64,000 nucleotides of DNA from Antedon mediterranea. Taxonomy: Eukaryota > Animalia > Echinodermata. A program made the translations under genes and the position numbers. The notes beneath the pieces were generated by a model, which was not told the origin of the DNA, searched no databases, and worked only from the letters and a program-made list of their open reading frames with translations. The DNA is taken from the NCBI RefSeq assembly GCF_964355755.1, contig NC_092675.1:4955812-5019811 (forward strand), given 5' to 3'. Position 1 is the first letter of the stretch, and each line of letters begins with the position of its first letter. Below, in pieces: positions 58,850 through 64,000 of the stretch.

Positions 58850-61800
58850 TTTGAATTGGAATCATAATCTCTTGTCGGTGAGAACAAAGGCTCCCCTTTT
58901 TTCATTATGTATTGCTCTCACGAGGAGAGAATGCAATTCTGTAATCTCATTCAAACCATCAATGGATGAATTTTGAATCTAAGGGCATACACTATAGTTA
59001 ATCTTTTGGATTAATAATTGAAGCATTCAATTCCTACTTGTTTCTAACGCAATTTAATTTTTGAGAAGTTTCAAATCCTGTTAGCGGCCTCAATCGTGTT
59101 CTACCATTTTAATGAAAAGGATTTACATGTCAGATATGTCAACCTGGTATTTATAAAATTGATATTAACAGAAATTGACAATTTTCCAAAGTGTCTCTGT
59201 TTTAAGAGTTGTTCTTTTAACGAAATAACATGCACATTATTTTAAAACTCATTCCAAACTTTAAGATAATTATGGAAAGGTAAATTGATTTTGGAAACTA
59301 ATCAGAAATATTGAAGCAGATACAATTTAACTTGAAGCATATAAATGATTTGTAAATTATGCATCAAACGTCCACTGCATCGAGTGTCCTAGTTTCTCGT
59401 ATCAGTCATAATGATATGCATCGAAAGCCATTCTCAAGGCCAGGGTCAAGGTTTGCATTGGTTATTGATTCATTTCTCTGCAGTTGTTATCCCATAGTGC
59501 TTTTAGCGAAAACATAAAAACGAATCCCGGAAGACTAAAGATTTAGCCGGGTACCAGTCCGACCTAGTTCGTAATCCCAAATATTCTATAGAATAAAATG
59601 TCTATAAAGCTAGGTTTATTGATGAAATCGAGACTGGAAAACATGTTAGATAATAATATGAACTTATTTTAAATATTCATTTCTCACGGATACAAATTTA
59701 TTAGTGTATCGATTGAACATACAGTTATAAAGACCTAATTGCTTAGTGATTGTAACTTTATAAAGGTAATGGCAGTATAATTAATTGATCCTTGTATATC
59801 ATGTATCCTGAAGAAGAATCTAAAATCCGTTTTTGTGAATGAGTTTGCTAGACACTTGACGAACCTTGTCCCAATTCTCAAAGTATACCGATTGTTTCTG
59901 CGAAGTACGATTAGTCATTTTAGCTCATATACATACTCCCTGGCCTTGCACCAACCACTCTCACGAATCTAACAACTTTACATTATAGGTTATTCTGGAT
60001 ATCCTAAAAAAATAAAATAACGTTAGCCAGGTTGTCATCACATACGATTTAACCTAATTTAAAATTATTAATTGTAACGTATGACCATTGGATTTTATTA
60101 GTGAAAAAAAATGTATTTTTAAACCGATTAGCCTACAAGAAATATCGTGGGCGTTTAAAATGAAAGTCAATTTATCCTTATAATATCATAATTTGTTTAC
60201 ATTACACAGTCCCCATATCATTTCTAGTTTCATGATCAGGCTTATTTGTAGGCCTAAATGTATCAACAAATATTATATTTACGTATGTAGGCCTATGCAA
60301 TATATTTTGTTATATTACCAGTTTTTATGATAACGAATTTGTTGTTATTTAAAAAATTATTATACACATTTATATATTTATTTGAAGGTACTTTATATCT
60401 ATTAAACGTTAGAATATGTCTAATGTAAGTACCGGTATAAGTCTAATATCAACCACAACGGCAAGAATGTAATATCGCAATAACAACAAAACAGAGACGA
60501 ACAATTAACCAAAATAACATTACGAAATACAGTATAACTAAAAAAACATCTGAAATGCAGTGGTCAATTTACTTTAAATCAAATTTATTTTTAAGGTAAA
60601 GGCATGTTTAAATGTTCTACTTCCCAAAAAAATCAAATAATATGCATATAAATATAGTAAAAGCCCCGTAAACAGGTTTACTACTGTTTCTCTGTTTGCT
60701 AGTAATTATTTACTGTTATATCTAAAATCTACAGTAACTACAAAAGTACAGTAACTACAATTTGTATGTGTTTTATAAATGAGAATCGATTCAATGTTTT
60801 AGTATAAAAATATTCGTTAAAGCAGAATATCAAGTAGGCCTACAGTACATGTAGGCCTAAGGTTCGTCTTATATTTTTTATATTCTTAGTGTTTGATGGT
60901 TGAATTATGTTATATTGTTTAGTAACAATTATACAAAGAGTTTATATGGAATATGATATCATTAGACGGAAAACGATCTCAATTAACCATGTTTAATGAA
61001 ATGGTTTCGATGTCGATTGATTTTCCTAATTGAAAGGTTCAATAAGTGTCAATTTCATTAAGTGTGTGTCATTACGTCCCACTGAAGTGTTGGTTTTCAT
61101 GTCTCCAGCTTCATAAACTCATCTGTTTGCAGCAGCAAATATAGAATCTTCTAATTCTAATAATCAAAGTTCTACACCAACGTTCAATAGTGCTTGAGTG
61201 ACGAAGTGCCTGTTCCCTAAGTGTAGCACAAACTGAAGAGAAATAGTCGTGCAAACTATAGCCGCTTTGATCTTGGTTTTTTCCAAGCCATTCAAGGTCG
61301 GCCATCTGACATGCCTATCATTCATATGGCGCCAGCATGTCTAGAAGCAATGTACATATTGAATTTACACAACTGAAGAATGATGGCGGCAAAATGAATT
61401 CATCATGTTGAGCAAATCTTTGCGCCGAATTATGAATGGCGAACAGTTCAATTCCATTGCCTGTACTTATACAAGTTTCTCATTTGTAAAAAGAAGCGCT
61501 TTTATTAAGCTTAAGAAAAGGTGAGAGATTTGTTTGATCTCTAAACCCTCACGAATTGTTTCTGTAATCTTTTGACTATTGCAGCTGTAATCCACGTGTA
61601 TGCACTAAACACGCACGAATTTCCCCATCTTTGACGACCTCACAACACTCAGTTGAAACGCAAACATAATTCGGAATGGATAAATGTAATTGCTAGATAT
61701 TGCAATGTTAAACAAAAGCAAAGTTCCAAGCTTACAGAATTAAGTTATAGACATTTAACGATCGAACAGAGCGCACTTTGCAAAATGTTAGGTAACACCG

Positions 61801-63462
61801 AAAGCACCATTTTGCAAATCCTAGTGCACACACAAAATAAAAGGTTTTACAGCATTTAATTCCTGTTTATCACATGTTGAGGTCAAAACTTTTAGGTTAT
61901 AATACTATAGTAAGAAGCAGTTTTATTTTATTAGAAAATGTTTCCAATTTATTTAAGAAATTTATGTTCCTTAACAAATATTTCTGCTGTTGTCAAGGAA
62001 ATTGCTGAACGAGTTTAAAAAATGTTCTGTTTTTTAGTAATTTATAGCAGAAACTTAACCGAACAATTATATGTTCGTTTCTTTTTACCGTATTTGTTCT
62101 AGATTAGTGTAACCAAGGGTTGTTAATACATCATCTCAAACACTTTACTTTTTAATTCAAGTACAAAGAATTCATCGACTATTGAAAACATATTTTTAGA
62201 AAATCTTTTATTTACTATACATTTCCATTCCAGTGATGCGTGGTGTATTTCAACAATATATGTCACAACTGTACTGTAGAGATTGTTCTTCGTTTGATAT
62301 CTACACCTAAATATATACTTTACTTAATACCTGATCGCATAATCTACTCTCAAAACTTGAATATAAGCAAGACAAGTCCTTTGTCAATTGGGAGGGTGTT
62401 CTTATAAAACCTAAATCAAAGTCACTGAATCTCTACACTTCATTCCTAATCCAGACACTTATTTTTTATTCCACGACTTTAAACTGCTTCACACATATGA
62501 CGTTTGATTAGGGCTTTAATCGTCGCGTGTGTTGATTCAGCATACAGTGCAAATTTGAAAGTAAGTATAAGAGTAAATAATTATTTTAAAGTTCCAAAAA
62601 CATACAGCATAAATATGAGATAATAGAACAATAGCAGGAAAGAAAGACAAATGATAAAAGAGAACACAAAAATATTATAAAATATAATTCTTGGTTAAAA
62701 GACAAGTTGAAAAGAAACGAAAGAATAACGCAACTATTAACAAATATTGAAAAATTGTAATAGGCTGATTGCGATGTTTTTCAATATATTCTACAACAGT
62801 AATTTAGTATTTCGAAAATATTCAACAAAACGATATTTAAATTTGAAAAGATAGGAAAATATTTTAAAAGAAAAAAAAAAACACGACGAAGATAGACACG
62901 AGATAGTGAATGTAAAGCAAATATGGAAAAATGAGAACAAATATATTGAATGGAAAGTAGAGATGGAAAATGAATAGCAATGTTGAGAAAAAAAAAAAAA
63001 AAAGCAAAACGAAAATGAGTAATTTTTGATGATAATAAACAACACTGTATCTATTCGTTATTCCTATAACATTTTTTTCTGTGAGAAATGTATCAGAAAA
63101 TGAATATTTATATAGCCAATAATTATTGAGATGAAAAAGACTCGATTGTAAATCTGAGATTTGCTGTTTTTGGATTTCATACCTGTCTAGGTAATTTTTC
63201 ATAATTTTCATTAAAGGAAAATTTCCTTTGTATTGCCGCTAATATTCTTTATATATGAAAGTGTGCGTTGTTTTTCATCAGTGAGTAAGTCGCAGTCTAT
63301 CATTAGTTGTCTGCTAATCGCAAGCGCGCAAACCAGTTCTCACTCTCCTTCTTCTCTTTCTCTTCACACTATTAGCAAAATTGATGTGAATATACAAAAG
63401 TAGGACGGGTGAAATATCCCATCTTCTGATCGATTACAACTTCAAACTCATCAAAGTCATCT
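58850..63462 (-). pseudogene. Decayed multi-exon coding remnant, product unidentified
   Basis: GC-richer blocks give protein-like minus-strand translations broken by stops and frameshifts. Some have plausible splice ends, e.g. tttag|ATGACTTTGATGAG at 63461 to CCTAGACAG|gtatga at 63183. Other blocks lie at ~62330-62550, 62160-62305, 61080-61645, 59790-59995 and 59330-59570. Confidence 0.4.
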
Positions 63463-64000
63463 AAATATCCAAAAAATATGTCTCATCTTATTACTGAGAT
63501 CAGTGATTGATTCAAAAACATTGAAAAGAAAATGTGTTCGTCAACGCATATTGTAAATGTACTTTGCCCAATCACAAAAAAAAAAAAAAAAAAATCACAT
63601 TTTTTCTTCTTTTTTTTCTCACAGGGTAAGTTAAAAGACATTTAGGTCTACTAGCGTACTATGCCTACTGTACTAACGACGAATTTATTTTTATTTGTGA
63701 CGTTTTGGATTTAATATCAAGGTGTTTATGTCAGTTTCTATGAAATGTATGTTAAATTGACTCTTTGTATTTAAATAATCCATAAAATCAGCTAAGTCTT
63801 AATAAGGCCTAAATTAATAATGTAAATAATACAAACGTCATCAATAACAATTGGTAAAATAATAGTAAAATGGAGTTTTATGATGTCAGGGAATAAGACG
63901 AACTTCTGTTTAATGTTGTGAATGTGAAGGATTTAAACCTTACATATTATCTTAAAATGAATAATGTTTTATGTACTGTTTGAAATTACGATCTAATTAA

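Noticed and set aside
62791-63211. Hydrophobic Phe-rich minus-strand ORFs
   Set aside because: Artefacts of poly-A-rich low-complexity sequence.

Overview
This is AT-rich, intron-containing eukaryotic DNA, probably from a marine invertebrate. Echinoderm origin is only my inference from the repeat types and frequent TAGGCCTA. Reading GT-AG splice sites by hand gives four intact + strand genes. Three are tandem, highly divergent type I membrane receptors (5962-11192, 11932-17380, 20965-35324). They share one exon plan: signal-peptide exon, Cys mini-exon, C-type-lectin-like domain exon, TM exon, short linker exon, and a long Tyr-motif-rich tail exon with ITIM/ITAM-like YxxL/I/V motifs. The first has two lectin-like modules separated by an 81-bp-repeat mucin stalk. 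The fourth gene is a 20-exon M1 aminopeptidase of the ENPEP type, apparently secreted (38785-51438). Mobile DNA includes an internally deleted Academ-type transposon (22928-28420), a Sola3-like non-autonomous element (1014-4626), SINE/tRNA-like pieces, an L2-type LINE end, MITEs, a Helentron-type HINE, and several 25-44 bp hairpins with 7-bp target duplications resembling P-element excision footprints. The last ~12 kb holds only decayed coding remnants. The best candidate for an undescribed system is the cluster of divergent lectin-like, phosphotyrosine-signalling receptors.
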